The notes: generated from the sequence alone by a model not told the origin. A DNA stretch of 64,000 nt from an uncultured Fibrobacterota bacterium (GCA_963753345.1 CAVWBU010000036.1:5599-69598), one strand, 5' to 3'. Positions 10,253-21,878 are shown, counted from the stretch's first letter. Numbers and translations: made by a program.

Positions 10253-10326
10253 TTTTTACCGAAGGAAGCCGGAACTATCGCATCAGAAAGAAATTCATCC
10301 CATCAAATAAACAGGAGTGAGTAACC

Positions 10327-11976
10327 ATGTCAGCAAAGCAATTAGCGTTTGATGTCGTTGCGAGGGAAAAACTGCTCAGGGGAGTGGACGTCCTTGCCAA
10401 TGCGGTAAAGACAACCCTCGGTCCCCGCGGCCGCAACGTTGTTCTTGACAAAAGCTTCGGCTCTCCCACCGTCACCAAGGACGGCGTGACCGTTGCCAAA
10501 GAGATCGAGCTTGAAGACAAGTTCGAAAACATGGGCGCCCAGATGGTGAAGGAAGTCGCGTCCAAGACCTCAGATGTTGCCGGCGACGGTACAACCACCG
10601 CCACGGTGCTCGCCCAGGCAATTTCCCGGCAGGGAATCAAGACGGTAACCGCCGGTGCGAATGCCATGGCCGTAAGGCGCGGCATTGACAAAGCGGTGAA
10701 GGCCGTTGTGGAAGACCTGAAAAAGCAGTCCAAGCCCATTGCCGGCAAAAAGGAAATTTCGCAGGTCGCCGCGATTTCGGCAAACAACGACCAGGAAATC
10801 GGCGAGCTTATCGCAGATGCCATGGAAAAAGTGGGAAAAGACGGCGTCATCACCGTGGAAGAGGCCAAGAGCATCGATACGACGCTCGAAGTCGTCGAGG
10901 GCATGCAGTTCGACCGCGGCTACGTTTCCCCGTATTTCGTCACCAACACCGAGACCATGGAATGCATTCTCGAAGAACCGTATATCCTCATCCACGACAA
11001 GAAAATCAGCGCGATGAAGGACCTTCTGCCCCTGCTCGAAAAAACCGCGCAGTTGGGCAAGGGCCTCCTCATTATCGCCGAAGAGGTCGAGGGCGAGGCG
11101 CTGGCGACGCTCGTGGTGAACAAGCTCCGCGGAACGCTCAAGGTCGCGGCTGTAAAGGCTCCCGGCTTCGGCGACCGCAGAAAGTCGATGCTCGAAGACA
11201 TCGCGGTCCTCACCGGCGGCATCGTGATCTCCGAGGAGGCGGGCTTCAAACTCGAGAACACCACCGTGGATTCGCTCGGCAAGGCCAAGCGCGTGACCAT
11301 TGACAAAGAGAACTCAACCATCATCGAAGGCGCGGGCAAGAAGGAAGACATCAAGGGCCGGGTGAACCAGATTCGCAAGCAGATAGACGAAACGACCTCC
11401 GATTACGACAAGGAAAAACTGCAGGAACGCCTTGCCAAGCTCGCCGGCGGCGTCGCCGTGATCAACATCGGCGCAGCCACCGAGACCGAGATGAAGGAAA
11501 AGAAGGCGCGCGTGGAAGACGCACTGCACGCGACCCGCGCCGCGGTCGAGGAAGGCATTGTGGCGGGCGGCGGCGTTGCTCTTATCCGCGCCGCGGCGGC
11601 GCTCGATTCGCTCAAGACCGAGGGCGATGAGAAAATCGGCGTTGACATTATCCGCAGGGCAATCGAAGAACCGCTCCGCTGGATCGTGCAGAACGCCGGC
11701 ATGGAGCCGTCGGTGGTCGCCAATGAAGTCAAGAACCATAAGGGCGGGTACGGTTTCAACGCCTACACCTGCAAGTACGAAGACCTGCTCGCGGCCGGCG
11801 TCATCGATCCGACCAAGGTCGTGCGTTCCGCGCTCGAAAACGCGTCGAGCATCGCGGGCCTTATCCTGACAACGGAATGCATTGTCACCGAGAAGCCGAA
11901 AGAGGAAAAAGAGCCTGCGACGGGAATGGGTGGCGGCGGCATGGGCGGCATGGGCGGTATGGGCGATATGTATTAG
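10327..11976 (+). CDS. groEL: Chaperonin GroEL
   Basis: [32 protein letters not shown] tail. Confidence 0.99.
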   Translation: MSAKQLAFDVVAREKLLRGVDVLANAVKTTLGPRGRNVVLDKSFGSPTVTKDGVTVAKEIELEDKFENMGAQMVKEVASKTSDVAGDGTTTATVLAQAISRQGIKTVTAGANAMAVRRGIDKAVKAVVEDLKKQSKPIAGKKEISQVAAISANNDQEIGELIADAMEKVGKDGVITVEEAKSIDTTLEVVEGMQFDRGYVSPYFVTNTETMECILEEPYILIHDKKISAMKDLLPLLEKTAQLGKGLLIIAEEVEGEALATLVVNKLRGTLKVAAVKAPGFGDRRKSMLEDIAVLTGGIVISEEAGFKLENTTVDSLGKAKRVTIDKENSTIIEGAGKKEDIKGRVNQIRKQIDETTSDYDKEKLQERLAKLAGGVAVINIGAATETEMKEKKARVEDALHATRAAVEEGIVAGGGVALIRAAAALDSLKTEGDEKIGVDIIRRAIEEPLRWIVQNAGMEPSVVANEVKNHKGGYGFNAYTCKYEDLLAAGVIDPTKVVRSALENASSIAGLILTTECIVTEKPKEEKEPATGMGGGGMGGMGGMGDMY

Positions 11977-12002
11977 ACCGTTAGTCTGTTTTAGAAAAGG
12001 AA

Positions 12003-12030
12003 GCCATGGGGAGGCGTTTCTCCCCATGGT
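12003..12030 (+). terminator. Stem-loop after groEL (terminator or mRNA stabiliser)
   Basis: gccatggggag/ctccccatggt 11-bp stem; no clear U-tract. Confidence 0.5.
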
Positions 12031-12044
12031 CCTATATAAAAGCC

Positions 12045-13082
12045 ATGAGTGAAGACCGATTATCAGACCGTGAGCATCATGTCCTTGAGGCGGTGGTGCG
12101 GAATTACATTCTGAGCGCGTCGCCGACAGGCTCGCGATTTCTGTCCAAACAGCCGGATTTCGATTTCTCTCCGGCCACGATCCGGAACATCATGGGCGAC
12201 CTGGAGGAGCGCGGGTTTATATCGCAGCCGCACACCTCCGCAGGCCGGGTCCCCACGGACAAGGGATACCGGTACTACGTGGACAGGATGATGAGCTCCA
12301 TGGAGCTCCCCGGGGAAGTCAAAGAGCAGATAAAGACCTACTTGACAAAGGTCGAACCGTCGGACCTCCATCTCCTTATGGAGGCGACGTCAAAAGCGCT
12401 GTCGCGCGCTACGCACCAGCTTGGCATCATTCTCGCGCCGAAGCTCAGCAGCGGCGTATTTCGCCATGTGCACATCTTTCCCATAGATTCGCAGCGCGTG
12501 CTGATGCACCTCACCATAGATTCCGGTTTTGTAAAGACCATGGTGCTCGAGCTCAAGACCGAACTGTCTCCGGACAGGCTTCAACGCGCCTGCCAGGTGA
12601 TCAACGAGCGCTTTTACGGGCTCACGCTTGAGGACATGCTCGTGAAGGAAGACACCGTATTCAAAAACGTCGAACCGTTCGAACTCGGCCTCATCCGCCT
12701 CTTTGTGCCGTCGATAAAGCGGCTCATAGAATCGGAGCGGGACGAAGCGGTGTTCGCCGAAGGCGAAACTAATATCATGGTGCAGCCGGAGTTCTTCTCC
12801 AGGGACCAGGTGAGCGGGATCATTGAGATACTGGAGGAGAAAAAGCTGCTCCTTCATCTGTTCGAAATGGAACAGGCGAGCCAGTCCGGCGTGGTTATCT
12901 CCATCGGCGGCGAAAACAAGGAGGGACAGCTGCAGTCGTTTTCCGTTGTCAAGACGCAGTATCAGCTTGGACACATGGAAGGGACGCTGGGGGTTATCGG
13001 CCCAACGCGCATGCCGTACCCGTTCCTGGTGAGCGCGGTTGACTATACGGCAAAACTGCTCGGGCAGTTGTATTCCACCTGA
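12045..13082 (+). CDS. hrcA: Heat-inducible transcription repressor HrcA
   Basis: SPATIRNIMGDLEERG, QPHTSAGRVPTDKGYRYYVD, LGVIGPTRMPY. Confidence 0.97.
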   Translation: MSEDRLSDREHHVLEAVVRNYILSASPTGSRFLSKQPDFDFSPATIRNIMGDLEERGFISQPHTSAGRVPTDKGYRYYVDRMMSSMELPGEVKEQIKTYLTKVEPSDLHLLMEATSKALSRATHQLGIILAPKLSSGVFRHVHIFPIDSQRVLMHLTIDSGFVKTMVLELKTELSPDRLQRACQVINERFYGLTLEDMLVKEDTVFKNVEPFELGLIRLFVPSIKRLIESERDEAVFAEGETNIMVQPEFFSRDQVSGIIEILEEKKLLLHLFEMEQASQSGVVISIGGENKEGQLQSFSVVKTQYQLGHMEGTLGVIGPTRMPYPFLVSAVDYTAKLLGQLYST

Positions 13083-13103
13083 TCCGGGGGTGAAGGAAGG
13101 ACC

Positions 13104-13904
13104 ATGGAACAGCATACCCATAATCACAAGCACGACAATCCCGAACATCCGCATCCGCACAATCATCATGCAGGCGGAAGCCATGGTGATGCGGAGAAGA
13201 TGCATCCTGAACCGGACCAGCAGAAACCGGCAGGACATTCGGATGATGCGCAGCCTAAGAATTCCGATGCAAAGGCAGGGGAGCAGACGGCGGCTCAACC
13301 GGCAGAAGGCCGGCAGCAGAACAAGGACAAGGAAAAAATCGCGGATCTCGAATCCCGGCTCGCCGCTGCAAACGACAAGTATCTGAGGCTGATGGCCGAA
13401 TTCGACAATTTCAAACGGCGAACCGCCAAAGAGTATCAGCAACTCATAGAACAGGCGAACGAAAAGCTTATCAAGGACATCATTGATGTGCGGGAAAATT
13501 TCGAACGCGCGTTCAAGACCCATAAGGAGGGTGCTGATCCCAAGCCGTTTGTGGATGGAATGAAGATGATTTTTTCGAAACTTGACGGTGTGCTCCACAA
13601 ACACGGGCTCGAGGTGTACTCAGAGGCCGGGCAGGAATTCGATCCGCAGTTGCACGACGCGATGATGAAATCGGCGCACGAAACGGTTCCCGAGCACCAC
13701 ATCGCCGAAGTATGCGAGAAGGGATACAAGCTCAGGGGCAAGGTGATCAAGCATTCGAAGGTCATCGTTTCGAGCGGGAAACCCTTGCCGGGCGATGAAA
13801 AGCAGGCTGCACCCTCGTGCGTGGATACGGGAGACGAAACGGTCTTTGAAGTGTCGGTAAAACCGAAAGAAGAGGGAACAACTGACGATACGGCAGGCGC
13901 CTGA
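13104..13904 (+). CDS. grpE: Nucleotide exchange factor GrpE with His-rich N-terminal extension
   Basis: YLRLMAEFDNFKRR, FDPQLHDAM, KGYKL; position between hrcA and dnaK. Confidence 0.95.
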   Translation: MEQHTHNHKHDNPEHPHPHNHHAGGSHGDAEKMHPEPDQQKPAGHSDDAQPKNSDAKAGEQTAAQPAEGRQQNKDKEKIADLESRLAAANDKYLRLMAEFDNFKRRTAKEYQQLIEQANEKLIKDIIDVRENFERAFKTHKEGADPKPFVDGMKMIFSKLDGVLHKHGLEVYSEAGQEFDPQLHDAMMKSAHETVPEHHIAEVCEKGYKLRGKVIKHSKVIVSSGKPLPGDEKQAAPSCVDTGDETVFEVSVKPKEEGTTDDTAGA

Positions 13905-13962
13905 TCGCCTTACAATACTGCGTCAAGATGCACGTTATTCATAGAGAACAGAAGGAGTTTTT

Positions 13963-15916
13963 ATGGCTAAGATAATAGGAATAGATCTAGGCACCACGTT
14001 CTCGTGCGTGGCGATCATGGAAGGCGGAAAACCGGTTGTGATCCCCAACGCCGAAGGCGAGCGCACCACGCCCTCGATGGTCGGGTTCACCAAGGCGGGA
14101 GAAAAACTCGTTGGTTCGATCGCGCGCCGCCAGGCGATCACCAATCCGGAAAACACCGTGTATTCAATCAAACGGTTCATGGGACGGCGCCACAGCGAGG
14201 TGGAGAACGAGGAGAAACGCGTTCCCTACAAGGTGACCGGCGGGGCGAATGAACTTGTCAAAGTGGAAGCCGGCGGCAAGGAATACACACCTCCCGAAGT
14301 CTCGGCGATGATTCTCCAGTACCTCAAGAAGGCCGCGGAGGACTATCTTGGCCAGGAAGTCAAGGAAGCGGTCATTACGGTGCCGGCGTACTTCAACGAC
14401 GGCCAGCGCCAGGCCACCAAGGACGCGGGCCGCATCGCGGGGCTCGACGTGAAGCGCATCATCAACGAGCCCACGGCCGCGTCGCTCGCCTATGGGCTCG
14501 ACAAGAAGAAGAACGAGACCATCGCGGTGTACGACCTGGGCGGCGGCACGTTCGACATATCGGTTCTTGACATCGGAGAAGGCGTGTTCGAGGTCCGCTC
14601 CACCAACGGCGACACGCACCTCGGCGGCGACGACTTCGACCAGGTGCTCATCGACTGGATCGCCGACGAGTTCCAGAAGCAGCAGGGCATCGACCTGCGC
14701 AAGGACCGCATGGCGCTCCAGCGGCTCAAGGAAGCCGCCGAAAAGGCCAAGCGCGAGCTGTCAAGCGCCATGCAGGTGAACATCAACCTGCCGTTCATCA
14801 CGGCCGATGCGAGCGGCCCCAAGCACCTCGACATGAACCTGACCCGCGCGAAATTCGATCAGCTCACCGCGTTCCTCGTGGAACGCACGGTGGAGCCGTG
14901 CCGCAAGGCCATCGCCGACGCGAAGGTGAAGCTCGAGGACATCGACGAGGTGATCCTGGTGGGCGGACAGACACGTACCCCTGCGGTGCAGAAAAAAGTT
15001 GAGGAGATATTCTCAAAAGTTCCGAACAAGAGCGTGAACCCCGACGAAGTGGTGGCGGTGGGCGCGGCGATTCAGGGCGCCATACTCGGCGGCGACGAGA
15101 CCGTGAAGGACATTCTGCTCCTCGACGTGACGCCGCTTTCGCTCGGCATCGAGACGCTCGGCGGCGTGATGACCAAGCTCATCGAGCGCAACACCACCAT
15201 TCCCACAAAGAAAAGCCAGATCTTTTCCACCGCGTCGGACAATCAGCCCGCCGTGTCGATCATGGTGTTCCAGGGCGAGCGCGAGCTCGCGTCGCACAAC
15301 AGGCTGCTCGGAAAGTTCGACCTCGTGGGCATCCCGGCCGCGCCGCGCGGCGTGCCGCAGATCGAGGTGACGTTCGACATCGACGCCAACGGCATCCTCA
15401 AGGTGAACGCCAAGGACCTTGGCACGGGCAAGGAACAGCAGATTCGCATCGAATCGTCGAGCGGTCTTTCCGAATCGGAAATCAAGAAAATGGTCAAGGA
15501 GGCGGAATCGAACGCGGAGCGCGACAAACAGGAACGCGAAAAAATCGACGTGAAGAACCAGGCCGACCAGGTGATCTACCAGACGGAAAAGACCCTGTCT
15601 GAAGTAGGCGACAAGATTCCGCTCGACGACAAGAACAAGATCCAGTCGGCCGTCGACGACCTGCGGAAGAAGCTCAAGGGCGACGACATTGCCGCGATCA
15701 AGGCGAGCATGGATGCGCTCATGAAAGCGTCCCACAAGATGGCAGAGGAAATGTACAAGAACGCGGGTGCGCAGGCGCAGGGCGGGCCGCAGGGTCAGGC
15801 CGGGACCCGGACCGCAAGGGCAGGCAGGACCGGGGCCGCAGCCTGGGCAGCAAGATGGGAAGAAGGACGGAGAAGGGCCGGTGGATGCGGATTTTACGGT
15901 GGTAGACGACAAGTAA
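13963..15916 (+). CDS. dnaK: Chaperone DnaK; apparent +1 frameshift near 15803, true stop at 15914-15916
   Basis: [24 protein letters not shown]. The shifted frame gives the canonical tail ...[13 protein letters not shown]. Confidence 0.97.
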
Positions 15917-16134
15917 AAGGCATTCTTAGCGCACTGGATATTTTGAAAAATAAAATTCAAGATATGGAAGGGCCTCGCTGGCCCTTAGACCCGGCAAGGA
16001 AAATGCTTGTTATAACGCCCCACCAACCTCCCCCCGGGGAGGCTATTTATAAAGGGTTTATTTTCGTGAAGAAATTCTTGTAAATAGTCGAGTAATTTCA
16101 CCTGGTCTATTTTTTATAAAAAAAGAATTGATCT

Positions 16135-17010
16135 ATGAATTCGGAAAAAGATTTACAGCAGGAAACCCCAGCAATTGGATTTGCTGAATTTCTTGAAGAA
16201 ATCCCGCCGGGACAGTTAAAAAAAATTTCGGAAATTTCGGAAATTATTTTTTCAGGTAGATTCGGGCGGGATATTGATGTTTTAATTTGTCCAGAAATAC
16301 AATTATACTGTGATAATGAAACTTGTAATGGGAATAGGTTTTTTAGATGCACAGGCAAAGAACCTCCGTGGATAAGTACAGAAAAGTTTGATAATTTATA
16401 TATAAACTACTTATGTTCAAATTGTCAAAAAACCGCGAAAACATTTTCTGTTGCAGTCCTCAAAGATAAAGGAACAACCTCAGGTCAAGCATATAAATTT
16501 GGCGAATTTCCGAATTTCGGTCCACCTACTCCTTCAAGATTAATCAAACTTATTGGCCCAGACAGAGAATTGTTTCTTAGTGGAAGGCGATGTGAAATTC
16601 AGGGTTTAGGTATTGGCGCATTTGTTTATTATCGCCGCGTAATAGAAAACCAAAAGAATAGAATATTTGATGAAATTATTAAAGTGTCAACAGTGCTAAA
16701 TGCACCACAAACAACATTAGATGTCCTTAAAATAGCCAGAGATGAAACCCAATTTAATAAAGCAATGTCCGCAGTAAAAGATGCAATTCCCCAGGTGCTT
16801 CTCATTAACGGTCATAATCCAATTACGCTTCTTCATTCTGCTTTAAGTGACGGTCTTCATGAAAGAACAGATGAACATTGCCTTGAATTAGCCACTAGCA
16901 TAAGGGTTGTCCTTGCAGAACTATCTGAACGCATTTCCCAGGCTTTGAGAGACGAATTAGAGATAAAAACCGCTATTTCTAGACTGTTAAAAAAAGGTCA
17001 GCAACAATGA
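16135..17010 (+). CDS. AT-rich hypothetical protein; Cys-pair (Zn-ribbon-like) N-half plus DUF4145/HEPN-like helical C-half
   Basis: 291-aa ORF; CDNETC and CSNC; GIGAFVYYRRVIEN and LHSALSDGLH; markedly lower GC than neighbours. Confidence 0.7.
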   Translation: MNSEKDLQQETPAIGFAEFLEEIPPGQLKKISEISEIIFSGRFGRDIDVLICPEIQLYCDNETCNGNRFFRCTGKEPPWISTEKFDNLYINYLCSNCQKTAKTFSVAVLKDKGTTSGQAYKFGEFPNFGPPTPSRLIKLIGPDRELFLSGRRCEIQGLGIGAFVYYRRVIENQKNRIFDEIIKVSTVLNAPQTTLDVLKIARDETQFNKAMSAVKDAIPQVLLINGHNPITLLHSALSDGLHERTDEHCLELATSIRVVLAELSERISQALRDELEIKTAISRLLKKGQQQ

Positions 17011-17080
17011 TTATTAGTTCGAAAGAATTCTACTGATTTATAGGCGCGTATTTATCATAAAAGAATTTTAGAAAGCAACT

Positions 17081-18244
17081 ATGGCCTTACGCGACTTCTA
17101 CGAAGTCCTCGGCGTCCCCAAAAACGCCTCCGAAGACGACATCAAGCGGGCCTACCGCAAGCTCGCCATGAAATACCACCCGGACAAGAACCCGGGCGAC
17201 AAGAGCGCCGAGGAGAAGTTCAAGGAGGCTACGCAGGCGTACGAAGTGCTCAAGGACCCCAAGAAACGCTCGCAGTTCGACCAGTTCGGGACCGCCGCGT
17301 TCGAGGGGCCGGGCGCACAGGGCGGAGGGTTCGGCGGATTCGGCGGCGCCGGGTTCGACATATCCGACGCGCTGCGCGCGTTCATGAACGATTTCGGCGG
17401 CGACTCGTTCTTTTCCGATCTCTTCGGCATGGGCGGCGGCGGCAGGCGGCGTGGCGGCAGGCGGGGCGGCGGCTCCCGCGGCAACGATCTGCAGGTGCAC
17501 CTTTCGCTCAAGCTTTCCGAAATAGCAACCGGCGTCACCAAGACGCTCAAGGTGAAGCGCAAGGACGCCTGCACCGAATGCAAGGGGACCGGTTCGAAAA
17601 GCGGCAGGCGCGGCACGTGCCAGCAGTGCAACGGGTCGGGCCGCGTTCAGCACGTTTCGAATTCATTTTTCGGCCAGCTCGTGCAGGAATCGGTGTGCCC
17701 GGTGTGCAGGGGCGAAGGCCAGTTGGTGACTGATCCGTGTGCGAAATGCTCGGGCAGCGGCCGCCAGGCCGCGGAGACCACGGTATCGGTCGACATTCCG
17801 GCGGGCGTGTCGGAAGGCAATTACCTGACCGTGAACGGCAAGGGCGACGCGGGTCAGGGCGGCGGGCCTGCGGGAGACCTGATTGTGGTGATCCAGGAAG
17901 AACCGGACACGTTTTTCGAGCGCCACGGCATCGACGTGGTGTGCTCAATCGATATATCGTTTTCCGAGGCGGCGCTCGGCGCCTCAACAACGGTGCCGAC
18001 GCTTGACGGAAAGGTAAGCCTCAAGATCCCGCCGGGCACGCAGTCCGAAAAGATATTCCGGCTCCGCGGCAAGGGCCTGCCCGCGCTGCACAGCTCCCAG
18101 CAGGGCGACCAGCTCGTGCGCGTGCACGTGAAAACGCCGGAGCGGCTTTCCAGAGAGGAAAAGGAGCTGTTTGAGAGGCTGGCAGGGCTGGGGACAAAGG
18201 ACAAGGGGAGTTTTGAGAAGTTGAAAGGATTCTTTGCTCAGTAG
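17081..18244 (+). CDS. dnaJ: Chaperone DnaJ
   Basis: J-domain HPD, G/F-rich region, four CxxCxGxG repeats. Confidence 0.99.
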   Translation: MALRDFYEVLGVPKNASEDDIKRAYRKLAMKYHPDKNPGDKSAEEKFKEATQAYEVLKDPKKRSQFDQFGTAAFEGPGAQGGGFGGFGGAGFDISDALRAFMNDFGGDSFFSDLFGMGGGGRRRGGRRGGGSRGNDLQVHLSLKLSEIATGVTKTLKVKRKDACTECKGTGSKSGRRGTCQQCNGSGRVQHVSNSFFGQLVQESVCPVCRGEGQLVTDPCAKCSGSGRQAAETTVSVDIPAGVSEGNYLTVNGKGDAGQGGGPAGDLIVVIQEEPDTFFERHGIDVVCSIDISFSEAALGASTTVPTLDGKVSLKIPPGTQSEKIFRLRGKGLPALHSSQQGDQLVRVHVKTPERLSREEKELFERLAGLGTKDKGSFEKLKGFFAQ

Positions 18245-18250
18245 GCACGA

Positions 18251-18550
18251 CTAATCAATCTGATCGCGATTCGGAATTCTCCTTGAATGAACGATCCCGA
18301 TGATTGCCACTCTGTGCTCGGTCAGAATCTTATAGAGAATTCGGTAGTTGAAGACTTTCAATTCCCTGTACAAATCCTCCCGCAATTCGGGAATCATATG
18401 CCCAATACGAACATTGACCCTTAAGCGGCTTGATTCCTTGACGACAAGCTGTACAACGCGCCTTGCCTGAAACGGCGAATCCTTTGCAATGTATTCTCCG
18501 ATTTGGTCAAGGTGTTCGTAGGCCCGAACCGCCCAAATCACTTCAGCCAT
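18251..18550 (-). CDS. RelE/ParE family toxin
   Basis: MAEVIW...LDQIGEYIAKDSP...IGHMIPEL...YRELKVFNYRILY; start overlaps the antitoxin end. Confidence 0.85.
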   Translation of the reverse strand: MAEVIWAVRAYEHLDQIGEYIAKDSPFQARRVVQLVVKESSRLRVNVRIGHMIPELREDLYRELKVFNYRILYKILTEHRVAIIGIVHSRRIPNRDQID

Positions 18551-18720
18551 TTTGCCAGCTTTCGGCGTACCTCGTTTTCCGTAAGCACTTTTCCCGTTTC
18601 GATATCTTTCTCGCCCCGCTCGATACATTCGAGTACATACAGATGGTACTGGATGTCATCTAAGGTTGCCTCCTCGGGCAAACCGGAAATAACTTTCTGG
18701 GCCTTTTCTTTCACCGTCAT
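18538..18720 (-). CDS. Cognate antitoxin (putative addiction module)
   Basis: 60 aa, LPEEATLDDIQYHLYV...IERGEKDI...LAKW; directly upstream of and overlapping the toxin. Confidence 0.8.
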   Translation of the reverse strand: MTVKEKAQKVISGLPEEATLDDIQYHLYVLECIERGEKDIETGKVLTENEVRRKLAKWLK

Positions 18721-19000
18721 ACAGCGCTCCTTTGCGTCGGGTTCTCAGGAACAATGCTGGCTCAAAAGGAAAATATACCACCGGACGGGATAAAAATAAA
18801 GGTTGTTTGTCATGATTTGGTGATGTTGGAACACAACATCCAAGACTTCAATTCGAGGTAAAAAGCACAATTATCCCCGGGCGGGGAAATGCACGGCATC
18901 GAAGCGCATAGCGGAATATTGCAATACTGACGCTTCGTTAACAGGAACCTGAGCCAAAGCTAAGGTTGATTTTAGATAAAAATTATAGGCCGCCATTAGC

Positions 19001-19564
19001 CTAGCTGAAGTTCACCTTCTCCAGTTCCTTCTTCATCTGTCCCACCCGCTCCATTATTTCCTTGTTCCCCGCCGCGCCCTGTTCAATCAAGGCAAGTTCC
19101 TCATGTATCTTTTTAAATACCAGCCTGTAATGCTCGGCCATGGCGTTACACTCCTCGGTCAGTTCCTTCATTTCCTCGTCTTCCCTGAATGAAATCTTCG
19201 TATTGAGGTTGCCGTTTCTCAACTGGGTAACCCATTTCTCGAATTTGTAAATCGGCACGGCCATTTTTCTCGAGGAAAACAGCCCGATGCCCAGGCCGAT
19301 CACGATGCTGAACACCTGTGCCGCCACCACGCTCGGCAGAATGAATTCGAGGATGTTCTTGAGCTCGAGGTCCTGCCGGGTGTCGTTGCTCATGTAGTAG
19401 AAACTGCCGTTGCGCGATTTGCTGTCGTACAGGACGGTGAGCGCGGCGGTGGTGATCACGGCGGAAAGGAGCACCACGAGAAGGATTCTAAAAATAATTT
19501 TGAGCTGCAGCGACTTCTTGATGAAGAAGTTACGCACCGGTCGGCGTTCATTTCTCTGCGGCAT
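19001..19564 (-). CDS. Two-TM HAMP-domain membrane protein without output domain
   Basis: RRPVRNFFIKK N-terminus, two TM segments, SRKMAVPIYKFE...GNL...REDEE HAMP, short coiled coil. Confidence 0.75.
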   Translation of the reverse strand: MPQRNERRPVRNFFIKKSLQLKIIFRILLVVLLSAVITTAALTVLYDSKSRNGSFYYMSNDTRQDLELKNILEFILPSVVAAQVFSIVIGLGIGLFSSRKMAVPIYKFEKWVTQLRNGNLNTKISFREDEEMKELTEECNAMAEHYRLVFKKIHEELALIEQGAAGNKEIMERVGQMKKELEKVNFS

Positions 19565-19649
19565 GATGGCACCTGCCTGCACCGGGCGGTCTCCCACGAT
19601 CGCTGTGTGCGGCACAAATAATATACGTTATGTGAAGCAGACGGCAAAA

Positions 19650-21878
19650 CTACGTGCCGGCGCGTGTCCGCGTTATGGTGAAAAGGGCCGTGGCCGCGGT
19701 CCAGACGAAATCCTTGTTGTCAAGCTGTTGATGCAGGAATGCACGTAGCCCGTCCGCGGCGTCGGGGCCGAAAAGCGTTGCGGTCCTTTCGCCGAGCGAT
19801 TTTCTTTCGCCCTCGCCGCTGCGGCGGAACCAGTGTTCAACGAGGTCGGGCGTGATGCGGCGGCGGGCGGCTGCCGTGACGGTTCGCGCGGAAAACGCAC
19901 ACGGAAGAGCCTCGGCGCATGCCTTTTCAAGGCCGGCCGGAGTCCAATTGACAAGCGGGTCATTCGGGTCGCCGAACAGCGCATCTTCCGCCGAGGCCAG
20001 ATGGGACACGCGTTCGGCGTTTCCGGCGCCCTCCGGTACGAGGTTTGAAAGTCTCTGACCCTGGGCATAAACGGTTTCCGCAAGCACCACGCACCCTGCG
20101 GCGCCGGTGAGGCCAAGGGCCTTTTTGACGACGGCAATCTTGTCTGGAAGCGCCGCGATAACGTTTCTGCCCACCACCGCGTCGAAAACGACGCCGGCGT
20201 CTGCGGCTTTCCGGACGTCGGCGTCAAACGTTGACAGAGAGGACCGTACCACCGTGGGCCTCCGGAGCGTCTCGTACTGGCGAGCCATGGCGGTGACGGT
20301 CTCGAATTCCTTTTCGTCGTGGGCGAGCGCCCACACGCTGCCCTCGGGCGCGCGGCGCACGGCCTCGAAGGTAAGCAGACCGGTGCGCGCATGGAGATCG
20401 AGCACGAGCGAGTCGCGCTTGACCCCGGCGCTCTCGAATATCAGGTCGCGCGTCTGGGCGAGCTTGTCTCCGCCGCTTGCGCGGCGCGCCCATTCGGCCC
20501 GCACCGGCTTTGCTCCACCGGGTTCTTCCCGGGGATCGGCTTCGTCCGCGGTCATTGCCTCGACCATGGCTTCGCGCCTGCGCGTCACGGCCAGCGCGAT
20601 TTCCTTTTCGTAGCCGATGTCGGCGGGCTGGTAGAAAAGTTTTCCCTGCAGGGCAGGCGGCAGATACTGCTGCGCCACCCAGTGGTCGCGGTACGCGTGC
20701 GGGTACAGATATCCTTCGCCGTGGCCGAAACCTTCCTTGTCGCGTGAGGAATCCTGCAGATGAGAAGGCACTTCGTCGTTCGTTTCCTGCGACACCGCTG
20801 CCAGCGCGTCGAAAAAGGCCATGGACGAATTGCTCTTCGGCGCGGTGGCGAGATACAGGCACGCGTGGGCCAGGTGGTAGCGGCCCTCGGGCATGCCGAC
20901 GTAGTCGAACGCGGCGGCGGCGTCGGCCACCACCGAGAGCGCGCGCGGGTCTGCCATGCCGACGTCTTCACAGGCGAGAATGAACATGCGCCGGAAGATG
21001 AAGCGCGGGTCCTCGCCGGCGTATACCATTTTTGCCATCCAGTAAAGTGCGGCGTCCGGGTCCGAGCCGCGCACCGACTTGATGAACGCGGAGACGGTGT
21101 CGTAATGCGCGTCGCCGTCCTTGTCGTAGAGCACGGCCTTCTGCTGGATCGACTCCTCGGCGACTTTGCGCGTGATGCGGATGAGACCGTCCGGGCCGCG
21201 GCCGGTGGTCTCGACGGCGAGCTCCAGCGCGTTGAGCACGCCGCGCGCGTCGCCGTTGGCGACCGCCACAAGATGATCGAGCGCGTCATCGTCGATCACG
21301 GCGTTGCGGCCGCCCAGGCCGCGTTCCGTGTCGGCGAGCGCGGCGCGCGCCACGGCGCGCAGGTCGTCCTGCGAAAGTTTTCTGAGCTGGAAGATCCGCG
21401 AACGCGACACGAGCGCCTTGTTCACCTCGAAGTATGGATTTTCGGTGGTCGCGCCGATAAGGATGATGACGCCGTTTTCCACGTGGGGGAGCAGCGCGTC
21501 CTGCTGCGCCTTGTTGAAGCGGTGCACCTCGTCGATGAACAGGATGCTTCGCCGTCCGTAGAGCGAGAGCGTCTTCTTCGCGCTGTCGATAGCGTCGCGG
21601 ATGTCCTTGACACCCGCGAGCACCGCGTTGATGGAAAGGAACTGCGCCTTGGTGGTCTGCGCGATGATGCGCGCGAGCGTGGTCTTCCCGGTGCCGGGCG
21701 GCCCGTAGAAGATGAGGCTGGAAAGCTGGTCGATCTGGATGGCGCGCCGCAGGAGCCGTCCGGGACCAACGATGTGCTCCTGCCCGAAGAACTCGTCGAG
21801 CGTGCGCGGCCGCATGCGGTCGGCGAGCGGGGCGGTCTTCGCGAGCAGGTCGTCGCCCCGTTTTTCGAACAGGTCCAT
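19650..21878 (-). CDS. rarA: Replication-associated recombination protein RarA/MgsA with C-terminal methyltransferase-like extension
   Basis: [59 protein letters not shown]; extension contains [11 protein letters not shown]. Confidence 0.92.
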   Translation of the reverse strand: MDLFEKRGDDLLAKTAPLADRMRPRTLDEFFGQEHIVGPGRLLRRAIQIDQLSSLIFYGPPGTGKTTLARIIAQTTKAQFLSINAVLAGVKDIRDAIDSAKKTLSLYGRRSILFIDEVHRFNKAQQDALLPHVENGVIILIGATTENPYFEVNKALVSRSRIFQLRKLSQDDLRAVARAALADTERGLGGRNAVIDDDALDHLVAVANGDARGVLNALELAVETTGRGPDGLIRITRKVAEESIQQKAVLYDKDGDAHYDTVSAFIKSVRGSDPDAALYWMAKMVYAGEDPRFIFRRMFILACEDVGMADPRALSVVADAAAAFDYVGMPEGRYHLAHACLYLATAPKSNSSMAFFDALAAVSQETNDEVPSHLQDSSRDKEGFGHGEGYLYPHAYRDHWVAQQYLPPALQGKLFYQPADIGYEKEIALAVTRRREAMVEAMTADEADPREEPGGAKPVRAEWARRASGGDKLAQTRDLIFESAGVKRDSLVLDLHARTGLLTFEAVRRAPEGSVWALAHDEKEFETVTAMARQYETLRRPTVVRSSLSTFDADVRKAADAGVVFDAVVGRNVIAALPDKIAVVKKALGLTGAAGCVVLAETVYAQGQRLSNLVPEGAGNAERVSHLASAEDALFGDPNDPLVNWTPAGLEKACAEALPCAFSARTVTAAARRRITPDLVEHWFRRSGEGERKSLGERTATLFGPDAADGLRAFLHQQLDNKDFVWTAATALFTITRTRAGT

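Noticed and set aside
15804-16083. Extended DnaK C-terminus (706 aa) in the ORF track
   Set aside because: Product of a +1 frameshift; the canonical tail ends at 15916 in another frame.
15917-17080. Integron cassette interpretation for the AT-rich gene
   Set aside because: No convincing attC (RYYYAAC...GTTRRRY palindrome) and no integrase.
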